A stretch of DNA of 43,728 nucleotides. Origin: an uncultured Anaerolineaceae bacterium. GTDB lineage: Bacteria > Chloroflexota > Dehalococcoidia > Tepidiformales > Tepidiformaceae. Where the stretch lies: NCBI GenBank assembly GCA_964603275.1, contig CAZRUZ010000002.1, forward strand, positions 5,750 to 49,477, in the 5' to 3' direction. Each line of letters begins with the position of its first letter. Position 1 is the first letter of the stretch. A program made the translations under genes and the position numbers. Below, piece after piece: positions 8,334-17,278 of this stretch. The notes beneath the pieces are model-generated. The model had not been told where the DNA came from. It worked only from the letters and a program-made list of their open reading frames with translations, and searched no databases.

Positions 8334-9170
8334 GTGGCCAAGCGCAAACGACGCGAGCTGCAGCACCTGCGGCAAGAGCCTTCTCGCCGCAAGAACTACC
8401 AGCTTGGCGGTACCACCACCAGCGATATCTACAAGCCCGGCTTTCCGATGAACTTGCTCAGCAACGTCAAGTTCTTCGCGATCATCGGCGTGGTTGTCGC
8501 CGTCCTCATGGTCGTCGGGGCCCTCCTGACCACGGCCGGCGGGAACGACGAAGGCGACCCGGATGACCTTCCGACGCCCACGCCCGCGGCCTCAGTCACG
8601 GCTGATGCCTCAGCGACGGCGAGCACCACGCCCGCGGCCAAGACCTTCGAGAAGGCCGAGACGGTCATCGACGCGACGGCCAAGACGTACACTGCGACCG
8701 TCAAGACCAACAAGGGCGACTTCGTCATCGAGCTCTACGCCGATAAGGCGCCCAATACCGTCAACAGCTTCGTCTTCCTCGCGCAGGAAGGCTTCTTCGA
8801 TACGGTCACGTTCCACCGCGTCATCGATGGCTTCATCATCCAGGCAGGCGATCCGACCGCTACCGGTGGTGGCGGTCCCGGCTACCAGACCGCGGATGAG
8901 CCGAACCAGGAGCGCAACCTCAAGTACACATTGTCGATGGCCAAGGTTGGCGGCCAGTCGGTCTTCGGGAGCCAGTTCTTCATCAACCTGAAGGACAACC
9001 CCTCGCTCGACTACGACAACCCGACCGTCAACAAGTATTACCCGTTTGGCAAGGTGGTGAGCGGCACGGACGTCGTCGATGCTATCGGCAAGGCGGAGAC
9101 GGGCGCCGGCGACAAACCTGTCGAGGCCGTCGTCATAACTGGTGTCGAGATCACCGAAAAGGCCAAATAG
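8334..9170 (+). CDS. Membrane-anchored cyclophilin-type peptidyl-prolyl cis-trans isomerase
   Basis: N-terminal TM helix (FFAIIGVVVAVLMVVGALL), a low-complexity linker, then a cyclophilin core (FHRVIDGFIIQAGDP, SMAK, GSQFFIN). GTG 8334 has GAGG 8 nt upstream. ATG 8448 is an alternative start. Confidence 0.85.
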   Translation: MAKRKRRELQHLRQEPSRRKNYQLGGTTTSDIYKPGFPMNLLSNVKFFAIIGVVVAVLMVVGALLTTAGGNDEGDPDDLPTPTPAASVTADASATASTTPAAKTFEKAETVIDATAKTYTATVKTNKGDFVIELYADKAPNTVNSFVFLAQEGFFDTVTFHRVIDGFIIQAGDPTATGGGGPGYQTADEPNQERNLKYTLSMAKVGGQSVFGSQFFINLKDNPSLDYDNPTVNKYYPFGKVVSGTDVVDAIGKAETGAGDKPVEAVVITGVEITEKAK

Positions 9171-9216
9171 AGCCACTCCCGGCTACCCTCGGGCCGGGCA
9201 GTCCATGGTCCGCGAT

Positions 9217-9251
9217 AACGGGCGCCGCTCAATGCGGCGCCCGTTCATTTT
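9217..9251 (+). terminator. Intrinsic terminator hairpin between convergent genes
   Basis: Perfect 12-bp stem AACGGGCGCCGC / GCGGCGCCCGTT (9217-9228 and 9234-9245) with a 5-nt loop, followed by CATTTT. It overlaps the stop of the minus-strand lipoprotein gene. Confidence 0.7.
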
Positions 9252-9880
9252 CCGGCCAGCCGTTCCCGCTTCCGCTCGATGATGCGCGCGACGTACTCCG
9301 GCGTGATGGTCCCGTCGCGGTCTCCGGCAAAGACGCTCCAGACAGCGGTGCCCTCCGCCGCATAGGTGGCGAATAGCGTCGCCCGGGCGGGGCCCTCATG
9401 CGCGGCGATGCGGAAGCTGCGGGTCCCGGCGATGGGCGCGACCTCCTCGGTCAGCCGTTCGCCATCCGGCAGCCAGATGATCCCGGAGGCAGCCAGGTCA
9501 GCGGAGTCCGCATCCAGCTCCGCGACCCAGGCGGAGGCCTGCTCGTTGGTTTCGAAGACGAGCACCTGGCAGACCACGTTGACCGGGGGATCGAACGGCG
9601 GCTTCGGGAGCTTTTCCTTCCAGAAGATGAAGCGGCCGCGCTGCATGCCGGCCTCGCGGTACTCCTGCTTGCGGGCCTCCGGGTCGCGCCCGAGGCCGCC
9701 AAGGTCGGTCTCCGAGAACGATCCCGAGGTCAGTCCGAGGAACGCTCCGCCGAGGTCGCTCTCCTCGCAGAGGAAGCGGTCCAGTGCCGCGTCGCCGCTC
9801 TCGCTCGCATCCGAACAGGCCGTCAGCGCGATGGCGGCCGCGGCCACCGCCGCGAACCTAGTCGTCCGGTTTTTCCACAT
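9245..9880 (-). CDS. Hypothetical lipoprotein
   Basis: MWKNRTTRFAAVAAAAIALTAC contains a lipobox (LTAC). The rest is hydrophilic with no recognisable domain. The start could also be 9925. Confidence 0.6.
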   Translation of the reverse strand: MWKNRTTRFAAVAAAAIALTACSDASESGDAALDRFLCEESDLGGAFLGLTSGSFSETDLGGLGRDPEARKQEYREAGMQRGRFIFWKEKLPKPPFDPPVNVVCQVLVFETNEQASAWVAELDADSADLAASGIIWLPDGERLTEEVAPIAGTRSFRIAAHEGPARATLFATYAAEGTAVWSVFAGDRDGTITPEYVARIIERKRERLAGK

Positions 9881-10085
9881 GAACCTGCGGGCCAATCCAC
9901 CCGTGGCGCGCCTGGTACCGCTCAACCAGCACGATTAATCCGAAAAACGGTAGAAACGCCGCCGTCGCCCCAAGCGCCCAGAGCCACTCCGGGATCAACA
10001 CCAGGAGGATGGCGCTGGCGGCCGTGAACGCCATCCCGAGGATGGCGAGGATGCGCCCGGCCAGGACGAACGGCGAGATCGGCAT
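9858..10085 (-). CDS. Small membrane protein with two predicted TM helices
   Basis: MPISPFVLAGRILAILGMAFTAASAILLVLIPEWLWALGATAAFLPFFGLIVLV. GGTGGAG lies 5 nt upstream of ATG 10085. The 3' end overlaps the lipoprotein gene start by about 23 nt. Confidence 0.5.
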   Translation of the reverse strand: MPISPFVLAGRILAILGMAFTAASAILLVLIPEWLWALGATAAFLPFFGLIVLVERYQARHGWIGPQVHVEKPDD

Positions 10086-10163
10086 CTGCACTCCACCAGT
10101 TTCGCCCGCGGGTGGCGGCGGGTCTACCCGCCGGGTGAGCCTCACGCGCGTCTCGCTCTCCCG

Positions 10164-10169
10164 TATACT
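10164..10169 (+). promoter_or_regulatory. Candidate -10 box TATACT upstream of the NMO operon
   Basis: TATACT lies 27 nt upstream of ATG 10197 and is followed by the RBS AAGGAGA (10184-10190). No convincing -35 box. Confidence 0.3.
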
Positions 10170-10196
10170 CGGCCCCATCCCCCAAGGAGAACTGAC

Positions 10197-11363
10197 ATGG
10201 CGCGTCCCGTCTTGCGAACAGCACTCTGCGACATGCTCGGCATCGAATACCCGGTCATCCTCGCCGGCATGGGGCCGGTTGCCGGCGGCATCAGCGGCTC
10301 GGTTGCGACCGCCCCGCTGGTTGCCGCCGTTTCCAATGCCGGAGGCCTGGGCGTTATCGGAGGTGCGGGCTTCAGCGCCGAACGTCTGCGCCAGGAGATT
10401 AATGACGTCCGCTCCCGCACCGACCGGCCGTTCGGGGTCGACCTGCTCCTGCCCTCAAACTTCATGGGCGGCGCCGCGGGCGGTGAGTTGCCCCGCGACC
10501 CGCGCGAACTCGTCCCGGCCGAAACCCGGGCCGGGCTCCGCAAGCTCGCCGAAGGGCTTGGCATCGCCTGGGAGGAGGCGCCCCTCGACCCCCGCCTCGG
10601 CCAGGCCCCGCGGCGTTCGGGCGGCATGTCCGATGAGCAGATGGAAGTCGTCATCGAAGAGAAGATCCCGGTGTTCGCGAGCGGCCTTGGCAGCCCCGCT
10701 CCCTGGATGGACCGCCTCAAGGCCAACGGGACGAAGGTCCTCTGCCTCGTCGGTAACGTGAAGAACGCGAAGCGCGTGGCTGCTTCCGGCGCCGACATCG
10801 TAGTTGCCCAGGGCACGGAGGCCGGTGGCCATACCGGCCGGGTCGCGACCTTCGCGCTCGTCCCGCAGGTTGTTGATGCCGTAGCGCCGACACCGGTCGT
10901 TGCTGCAGGCGGAATCGCGGACGGCCGGGGCATCGCCGCCGCGCTGGCCCTGGGCGCTGTTGGTGTCTGGTGCGGGACGGCCTTCCTCGTCGCCGATGAG
11001 GCGAACCAGCCCGAGACGCAGAAGCAGCGCGTCCTGGCGGCCGGAGATGAGGATACCCGCGTAACACGCCTGTACAGCGGCAAGACGATGCGCAACATCA
11101 CTAACCCGCTGATCGAGGCCTGGGAGGCCTCCGGTATCCAGGCCCTGCCCATGGGCCTCCAGGGGCTCCTCATCCAGGACCTCGTCTATTCCGTGCGCAA
11201 GGCCGGGCGCGAAGACCTGCTGATGAACGCCGCTGGACAGGCCTCCGGCATGCTCACCCGTGCCCGCCCCGCCGCCGACATCCTTCACGACATGGTGGCC
11301 GAGGCTGCCGCAATCATCGGTGGCGGCCTCCAGGCCCGCGTCACCGCCATCGCCGGAGACTGA
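10197..11363 (+). CDS. Nitronate monooxygenase family (NMO / FabK-like FMN oxidoreductase)
   Basis: YPVILAGMG near the N-terminus and VVAQGTEAGGHTG. 388 aa. Strong RBS. Confidence 0.8.
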   Translation: MARPVLRTALCDMLGIEYPVILAGMGPVAGGISGSVATAPLVAAVSNAGGLGVIGGAGFSAERLRQEINDVRSRTDRPFGVDLLLPSNFMGGAAGGELPRDPRELVPAETRAGLRKLAEGLGIAWEEAPLDPRLGQAPRRSGGMSDEQMEVVIEEKIPVFASGLGSPAPWMDRLKANGTKVLCLVGNVKNAKRVAASGADIVVAQGTEAGGHTGRVATFALVPQVVDAVAPTPVVAAGGIADGRGIAAALALGAVGVWCGTAFLVADEANQPETQKQRVLAAGDEDTRVTRLYSGKTMRNITNPLIEAWEASGIQALPMGLQGLLIQDLVYSVRKAGREDLLMNAAGQASGMLTRARPAADILHDMVAEAAAIIGGGLQARVTAIAGD

Positions 11364-11366
11364 TGC

Positions 11367-12602
11367 ATGACCGAAAACGCGCTGGCCGGAGTCCGCGTCG
11401 TCGAATTCACTGACGAAATCGGCTCCTACTGCGGCAAACTCCTCGCCGACCTCGGCGCCGAGGTCATCAAAGTGGAACCGCCCGGGGGAGGGCGTCAGCG
11501 CCACTCGGCCCCGTTCGTTGCGGGGCTGGAAGGCGACCCGGATGCCAGCCTGGCTTTCTGGGTCCACAACACCTCGAAAAAGTCGGTCGTGCTCGACCTG
11601 GCTACCAATGAGGGGCGCACCGCGGCCCGCAAGCTCGCCATCTCCGCCCAGATCGTCATCGAGGACAACCCGGTGGGCACGATGGCCGGCTGGGGCCTCG
11701 GCTACCAGGACCTTCGCACCGCCAGCCCATCGCTGGTCTACACCTCCGTCACGGGCTTCGGCCAGACCGGCCCCCATGCCGGGTGGGCGTACAGCGATAT
11801 CGTCGGCCAGGCGATGGGCGGGATCATGACCCTCGCCGGCGAAATGGCCGACCCGCCGAACATGATCTACGGGCACCAGGCGGACGTCTCGGCGAGCATC
11901 CAGGCCGCCCAGGGAACCCTTATGGCCCTCCTCCACGCGGAGGCGACGGGTACCGGGCAATCGGTCGATGTCTCTGCCCAGGAGTCCCTTTCGATGTCGC
12001 AGGAGACCGCCATGCAGACCTGGGACTTCCAGAAGAAGAATCAGTTCCGCACCGGCGAACTCGGGTCCCTTCCCCTTGCCATCCCCGGCAATGCCACACT
12101 GAAGACGCAGGACGGGTACATCCGCCTCTTCGTCCTTGCCCCGGCTGGCGGCGACCTCCCGGACCTCGTCGAGTGGATGCGGGACGAGGGCAAGGCGGAA
12201 GACCTTGTCGATGAGCCATACGCTTCGGTAGTGCCACTGATCAACATGGGCTGGCTCACCCAGCTCATGAGCAACCCGGCCGAAGCCGCACGCGTGATGC
12301 CGCTCCTTCCCCGTATCAACGAAGTCATCCGCGACTTCTTTGCCAGCCTGACCAGCACCTACGCGTACGAGGAGGGCCAGCGCCGCCGGCTCCTGGTGGG
12401 GATTGTCTCTACACCCAAGGACCTGGCGCAAAACCGCCAGTTGCGTGAGCGCGGCTGGTACGTGCCGTGGGCGGAGGCGCCCGCCGGCAAGTCGGTCGAG
12501 TTCCCCGGCGCCCCCTACCGGCTCTCCGAAACACCCCCGTCCGTCGCCCGGCCGCCTCGCCTTGGCGAACATACCGCCGCCGTCCTCGGCGCGCTCGAAT
12601 AG
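11367..12602 (+). CDS. Family III CoA-transferase (CaiB/BaiF family), copy 1
   Basis: GVRVVEFTDEIGSYCGKLLADLGAEVIKVEPPGGG is the typical N-terminus. 411 aa. Starts 3 nt after the NMO stop. Confidence 0.85.
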   Translation: MTENALAGVRVVEFTDEIGSYCGKLLADLGAEVIKVEPPGGGRQRHSAPFVAGLEGDPDASLAFWVHNTSKKSVVLDLATNEGRTAARKLAISAQIVIEDNPVGTMAGWGLGYQDLRTASPSLVYTSVTGFGQTGPHAGWAYSDIVGQAMGGIMTLAGEMADPPNMIYGHQADVSASIQAAQGTLMALLHAEATGTGQSVDVSAQESLSMSQETAMQTWDFQKKNQFRTGELGSLPLAIPGNATLKTQDGYIRLFVLAPAGGDLPDLVEWMRDEGKAEDLVDEPYASVVPLINMGWLTQLMSNPAEAARVMPLLPRINEVIRDFFASLTSTYAYEEGQRRRLLVGIVSTPKDLAQNRQLRERGWYVPWAEAPAGKSVEFPGAPYRLSETPPSVARPPRLGEHTAAVLGALE

Positions 12603-12612
12603 GAGGAACTTC

Positions 12613-13869
12613 ATGACAAAACGGCCTCTCGAAGGGCTCCGCGTCGCCGACTTCTCCTGGTTCGGCGCTGGGCCTATCGCCGGGAACACGCTCTCCACCT
12701 TCGGTGCAGAAGTGATCCGTGTGGAATCCGAGACCAAGCTCGACTCGCTCCGGCGGGTCCACCCCTTCGCGATGAACCCGGATGGTTCGTTCAAAGGCGG
12801 TTACAACGTCTCGGGCTACTTCAACAACTTCAACACCGGGAAGCTTTCGCTCCAGCTCAACCTCAACACCGAGAAGGGGCAGGAGATCGGGTACCGGCTC
12901 ATTGAGAAGTGCGACGTCTTCCTCACGAATTTCACGCCGCGCGTGATCGACAAGTGGAACCTCCACTATCACCAGCTCGCGAGCGTGAACCCCCGCCTCA
13001 TCGCCGCCTACGCGCCGATGCAGGGCATGGAAGGGCCACATCGCGATTACCTGGGCTTCGGTGCGGTCCTGACACCGATCACGGGCATCAGCGAGATGTC
13101 CGGTTTTGCGAACCGTCCGCCTTTCGGGGTGGGCACCAACTACCCGGACTACGTCATCAACCCGGGACACACCGTCACCGCGATCCTCGCCGCATTACGC
13201 CACCGGAACCGGACCGGCCGCGGCCAGTGCATCGAACTCCCGCAGGTCGAGTCCGTCGTCAACACGCTCGGGACTGCCGTGGTCGAGTACCTGGTCAACG
13301 GCGCGAACCCGACCCGGACCGGCAACCGCAACCCGAACGCCGCTCCCCATGGCGTGTTCCGCTGCGTCGATGACCCGGCCGTCGTCGGCTCCACGGACCG
13401 CTGGGTGGTCATTGCCTGCCGCGATGATGCCGAATGGCAGCGGGCAGCCGCCGCGCTCGGCCATCCCGAATCCGCCGCCGACCCGAAGTTCGCCACGTTC
13501 GCCGCCCGGAAGGCCAACGAGGAGGAGCTCGAAGCCCTCGTGAACTCGTGGACGAAGCCTATGAAGGCCGAGGACGCCTGCGCTACCCTCCAGGCTTCCG
13601 GTGTCCCCGCCGGGGTCGTCCAGAACGCCCAGGACCTCCTCGACCGCGATGAGCACATGCGCGCCCGCGGGTACTACCAGTACGTGGAACACCCGGAAGC
13701 GGGCCGCGAAGCGCACGACGGCCCGGCCTTCGTCCTCAGCGAGACGCCCGGGCGCGTCAGCGGCCCCGCGCCGCTGCTCGGCGAACACACCATGGATGTC
13801 TGCGAGCGCATCATCGGCCTCACCATGGATGAGATTGCCGACCTCCTCGCCGAAGGCATCCTCATCTGA
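12613..13869 (+). CDS. Family III CoA-transferase (CaiB/BaiF family), copy 2
   Basis: AGGAGG at 12601-12606, then ATG 12613. GLRVADFSWFGAGPIAGNTLSTFGAEVIRVES. 418 aa. The track start at 12403 overlaps copy 1. Confidence 0.85.
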   Translation: MTKRPLEGLRVADFSWFGAGPIAGNTLSTFGAEVIRVESETKLDSLRRVHPFAMNPDGSFKGGYNVSGYFNNFNTGKLSLQLNLNTEKGQEIGYRLIEKCDVFLTNFTPRVIDKWNLHYHQLASVNPRLIAAYAPMQGMEGPHRDYLGFGAVLTPITGISEMSGFANRPPFGVGTNYPDYVINPGHTVTAILAALRHRNRTGRGQCIELPQVESVVNTLGTAVVEYLVNGANPTRTGNRNPNAAPHGVFRCVDDPAVVGSTDRWVVIACRDDAEWQRAAAALGHPESAADPKFATFAARKANEEELEALVNSWTKPMKAEDACATLQASGVPAGVVQNAQDLLDRDEHMRARGYYQYVEHPEAGREAHDGPAFVLSETPGRVSGPAPLLGEHTMDVCERIIGLTMDEIADLLAEGILI

Positions 13870-13901
13870 ATCCGCAGCCGCCGGGGTGCGCTGCCTCGGC
13901 G

Positions 13902-13919
13902 GTACATGTGTTCTATACT
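13902..13919 (+). promoter_or_regulatory. GTACATGTGTTC box abutting a TATACT -10 element upstream of dnaX
   Basis: The 11-mer ACATGTGTTCT (13904-13914) is identical to one at 30130-30140 upstream of comM. TATACT lies at 13914-13919. This is an AT-rich island in a GC-rich genome. Confidence 0.35.
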
Positions 13920-13948
13920 CGGGGTACTCAATCCCGGAAGGGGTTCAC

Positions 13949-15454
13949 GTGCTTTACGGGAAATGGCGGCCACGCGGTTTCGACGAAGTCGTCGGCCAGG
14001 ACCATATTGTTCGTACCCTGCGCAACGCGCTCGCTTCGGGGCAGGTTGCCCACGCCTACCTGTTCAGCGGGCCGCGCGGCACCGGCAAGACGACGACAGC
14101 GCGCATCCTCGCCCGGTCGCTCAACTGCGCCAACCTGGTCGATGGCGAGCCCTGCAACTCCTGCCCGGCCTGCAAGGCCATCCTCGGCGGCAACGCGCTC
14201 GACCTGATCGAAATGGACGCCGCAAGCAACCGCGGCATTGAGGACATCCGCGAACTGCGCGAGAAGATCGCCTTCGCCCCTTCCGACCTCAAGAAGAAGG
14301 TCTACCTCCTCGATGAGGTCCACATGCTCACGGATGGGGCGTTCAACGCGCTTCTGAAGACCCTCGAGGAACCGCCGCCCCACGCCGTCTTCATCCTCGC
14401 CACCACCGACCTCCACAAGGTCCCGGCTACCATCATCTCGCGCTGCCAGCGCTACGACTTCCACCGTGTGCCGAACGAAGCGATGGTGGAGCGCCTCCAC
14501 TTCATTTGCGAGCAGGAGGGGTTCGCCGTCCCGCGCGAGGGACTCCTCGCCATCGCCGTGCAGTCGCGCGGCGGCCTGCGCGATGCCATCACCATGCTCG
14601 AACAGGTGACGGCCCGCTACGGCGTCTCGCCAACCATCGACGATGTGCGCGCCGCCATGGGACAGGTCAACGACGAACGGGTGCCCGGACTTGTCCGCGC
14701 AATTCTCGCCGATGACCTCGGGGCGGCCCTCGAAATCGCGCGTTCCGTCGCGGATGACGGGATCGATATCGCCCGCTTCACCCGTGCCGTCATCGACCTG
14801 GCCCGCGAGGTCATCCCCGAGGCGCTAAAGCGCACGGGGGCGGTCGAACACCCACTGGGCGATATCATCGCCGCCGCCCGGGTGCGCCCGGATGGCGTAC
14901 GCCTGCTCGCCGGTGCGGTCGCGGAACTCGCCCGTGCCGATTTCCGGCTCGATCCCGCAAGTCCCGTGCCGCTCGAGGTCGCCTGTGCGGCCGTTATCCT
15001 CGGTGGTGGTCTTCCGGCTCCGGTGACGGTTGCGGCAGGGACTGGGGCGGAAGCGGGAAGACTCTCAGCCGGCAGGCCGGCTGCTGCCAGCGAGCCCGCT
15101 CCCATCGCCAGCAACGCGCCACTCTCAGCGGGAGAGAAGTTCGCCCGTGACCTCTACGAGCGCTGCAAAATGATCAACCCCAGTCACGCCATGTGGCTCA
15201 ACGGCTCGTTCGAAGTCCTCGACATGGAGGGGAATGAACTGCACCTCGGCTTCCAGCGCCAGATGCCCATGGGCAAGGTGGATACCGTCTGCCGGGGCAT
15301 GGTGGAAGAACAGGCTGCCGCGATTCTCGGCCGCCCGGTAACCTTGCTGGTGACGTTGATCGAAGGGAGCGCCCAACCACGCCGCGAAACCCGCCGCGGC
15401 CACCTCGCCGAAGCGGCAAAGGCGATGGGCGCTACCCCAATCGGGAAGGACTAA
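13949..15454 (+). CDS. dnaX: DNA polymerase III subunit gamma/tau
   Basis: GTG 13949 gives VLYGKWRPRGFDEVVGQDHIV. Walker A GPRGTGKTT, zinc module CNSCPAC, and SRCQ. The track start at 13601 overlaps the CoA-transferase gene. Confidence 0.9.
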   Translation: MLYGKWRPRGFDEVVGQDHIVRTLRNALASGQVAHAYLFSGPRGTGKTTTARILARSLNCANLVDGEPCNSCPACKAILGGNALDLIEMDAASNRGIEDIRELREKIAFAPSDLKKKVYLLDEVHMLTDGAFNALLKTLEEPPPHAVFILATTDLHKVPATIISRCQRYDFHRVPNEAMVERLHFICEQEGFAVPREGLLAIAVQSRGGLRDAITMLEQVTARYGVSPTIDDVRAAMGQVNDERVPGLVRAILADDLGAALEIARSVADDGIDIARFTRAVIDLAREVIPEALKRTGAVEHPLGDIIAAARVRPDGVRLLAGAVAELARADFRLDPASPVPLEVACAAVILGGGLPAPVTVAAGTGAEAGRLSAGRPAAASEPAPIASNAPLSAGEKFARDLYERCKMINPSHAMWLNGSFEVLDMEGNELHLGFQRQMPMGKVDTVCRGMVEEQAAAILGRPVTLLVTLIEGSAQPRRETRRGHLAEAAKAMGATPIGKD

Positions 15455-15455
15455 C

Positions 15456-15836
15456 ATGGCAAAAAGCAGCGGCAACAACCGGTATCTGCGGCGCGGCGGC
15501 GGCGGCCTCCCCGGACGCAGTTCCATGGGCGGCGGCAACCCCAACGCGCTCGCCCAGGCCCAGGAGATGCTTGCGAAAGCCCAGGCCGAACTCGCCGCCT
15601 CGACAGTGGAAGGGAGTTCCGGCGGTGGCGCCGTCCGCGTCACCATGTCCGGCGAACAGAAGATCGTCGGCATCAGCCTCTCCCCCGACGTGGTCGACCC
15701 GGAGGATGTGGAGATGCTGCAGGACCTCATCATGGCTGCCATTTCTGACGCCAGCGAACGCGCCGCCGAGCTCCAGCAGCAGTCATTCGGGTCGATCACC
15801 GGCGGGCTCGGTCTCCCCGGCCTGGGCATTGGCTAG
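15456..15836 (+). CDS. ybaB: Nucleoid-associated protein YbaB/EbfC
   Basis: 126 aa with VEGSSGGGAVRVTMSGEQKIVGISLSPDVVDPEDVEMLQDLIMAAI. Holds the canonical position between dnaX and recR. Confidence 0.9.
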   Translation: MAKSSGNNRYLRRGGGGLPGRSSMGGGNPNALAQAQEMLAKAQAELAASTVEGSSGGGAVRVTMSGEQKIVGISLSPDVVDPEDVEMLQDLIMAAISDASERAAELQQQSFGSITGGLGLPGLGIG

Positions 15837-15841
15837 CCAGC

Positions 15842-16450
15842 GTGGCTGAAGGCGCCTCCACTCCAGAGCCAATCCAGCGGCTGATCGAGGCGTTCCACCG
15901 CCTGCCCGGCATCGGCCCGAAGTCTGCTCAGCGCCTCGCCTATCACATCCTCCGCGCCAGCGAGCAGGAAGCCTCTGCCCTGGCGCAGGCGGTGCTTGAT
16001 GTGAAGCAGCGCATCCGCCTTTGCTCCCAGTGCCTCAACATTACGGAAGCGGACCCCTGCAGCTTCTGCCAGGACTCTCGCCGCGACCGGACCATCGTCT
16101 GCGTTGTCGAACAGCCGCTCGATGTGCTCGCGATCGAGCGCTCCGGCGGCTACCGGGGGCTGTACCACGTCCTCCACGGCGTCCTGAACCCGATGGACGG
16201 CGTTGGCCCGGAGCACATCCACGTCCGCGAACTGGTGGTCAGGCTCCAGGCCGGTGAAATCCAGGAGGTGATCATGGCCACGAACCCCAGCCTCGAAGGT
16301 GAGGCGACCGCCATGTACATCCAGCGCCTCGTTGGCCCGGCCGGTGTGAAAGTCACGCGTCTCGCCCGTGGGCTGCCCAGCGGCGCCGACCTCGAATACA
16401 CCGACGATGTCACCCTCGCGCGCGCCCTCGAGGGCCGCCAGGAGATCTGA
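15842..16450 (+). CDS. recR: Recombination protein RecR
   Basis: LPGIGPKSAQRLAYH (HhH), a C4 zinc finger CSQCLNITEADPCSFC, and a Toprim region. Confidence 0.95.
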   Translation: MAEGASTPEPIQRLIEAFHRLPGIGPKSAQRLAYHILRASEQEASALAQAVLDVKQRIRLCSQCLNITEADPCSFCQDSRRDRTIVCVVEQPLDVLAIERSGGYRGLYHVLHGVLNPMDGVGPEHIHVRELVVRLQAGEIQEVIMATNPSLEGEATAMYIQRLVGPAGVKVTRLARGLPSGADLEYTDDVTLARALEGRQEI

Positions 16451-17278
16451 GTGCCCGGCCCGGCCCGGTCCTACTCGACCGAAGCGATCATCCTCCGCCG
16501 CCGGAACCTGGGCGAAGCTGACTCCATTTTCACCCTCTTCAGCCGCAGCGAAGGCAAGTTCGATGCCGTGGCGCGCGGGGTCCGGAAGGCGAAGAGCCAT
16601 ATGCGTGGCCACCTGGAGCCGCTCACGCGCGTCCAGGTACAGGTCGCCCGCGGGCGGTCACTCGATGTGCTCACGCAGGCGGAAACCGTCGCCGCCCATC
16701 GCCGCCTCAAGGACGACCTCGACCGTCTCAACCTGGGCCTCTACTGCGCCGAGCTGGTCGACCGCTTCACCATCGACCGGGTGGAGCAGCGCGCGCTCTA
16801 CGATCTCCTCGCCGATACGCTCGACGCGCTGGAAGCCGGAGCCTCCGGGTTGGCGGTCCGCTATTTCGAGTTCCACCTGCTCGCGATCACCGGGTACGAG
16901 CCGCAGGTAGCCGCCTGTGCCGCCTGCCAGGCCCGCCTGCCCGAAGAGGAAACGCTCTTTTCGGCCCCGGCCGGGGGATTGGTCTGCCGCGCCTGTCGGC
17001 ACCGGGCGGAATCGGGACGGCTCCTCGGCGTACGGGCGATCAAGGTCCTCCGCTACGCCCGCACGGCCACCATCCAGGAGTTTGGCGGGCTCAGGCTCGA
17101 CGCTGCCCTCGCGCATGACCTCGAGGCCGCCCTTTCCGGGCTCGTCCACCAGGTGATCGACCGCGAGCTAAACACCGTCCGGTACATGGACGCGCTTGGC
17201 CGCGCGGACCGCGCCCCGGCGCTTACCACGAACCATGTACAATCGAGTTCACGTACACCCGAGACCCCGGAGCCGTAA
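16451..17278 (+). CDS. recO: DNA repair protein RecO
   Basis: GTG start directly after the recR TGA. STEAIILRRRNLGEADSIFTLFSRSEGKFDAVARGVRK (OB fold) and a CxxC...CxxC region (CAACQ...CRAC). Confidence 0.85.
   Translation: MPGPARSYSTEAIILRRRNLGEADSIFTLFSRSEGKFDAVARGVRKAKSHMRGHLEPLTRVQVQVARGRSLDVLTQAETVAAHRRLKDDLDRLNLGLYCAELVDRFTIDRVEQRALYDLLADTLDALEAGASGLAVRYFEFHLLAITGYEPQVAACAACQARLPEEETLFSAPAGGLVCRACRHRAESGRLLGVRAIKVLRYARTATIQEFGGLRLDAALAHDLEAALSGLVHQVIDRELNTVRYMDALGRADRAPALTTNHVQSSSRTPETPEP

Noticed and set aside
6602-8392. 596-aa minus-strand ORF antisense to murE
   Set aside because: No recognisable domain and Arg/Gly/Pro-rich. The plus-strand murE has clear Mur ligase motifs.
10455-12794. 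779-aa minus-strand ORF spanning the NMO and CoA-transferase genes
   Set aside because: It runs antisense to three genes with strong family signatures and RBSs. Its composition is typical of a GC-driven open frame.
13601-13948. Long N-terminal extensions in the ORF track. Examples: dnaX from 13601, murE from 6443, smc from 37913, CoA-transferase 2 from 12403, prfA to 26337, hisS to 27721, tatD to 19779, HAD to 24554, comM from 30111, nadA to 33690.
   Set aside because: The extensions overlap upstream genes or are Arg/Pro-rich. Downstream in-frame starts give canonical family N-termini, often with an RBS or an ATGA/GTGA coupling.
13949-15454. Programmed frameshift or transcriptional slippage site for a gamma subunit in dnaX
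   Set aside because: No A-run or A AAA AAG type heptamer occurs inside the gene. The only AAAAA run (about 15460) lies in the ybaB start region.
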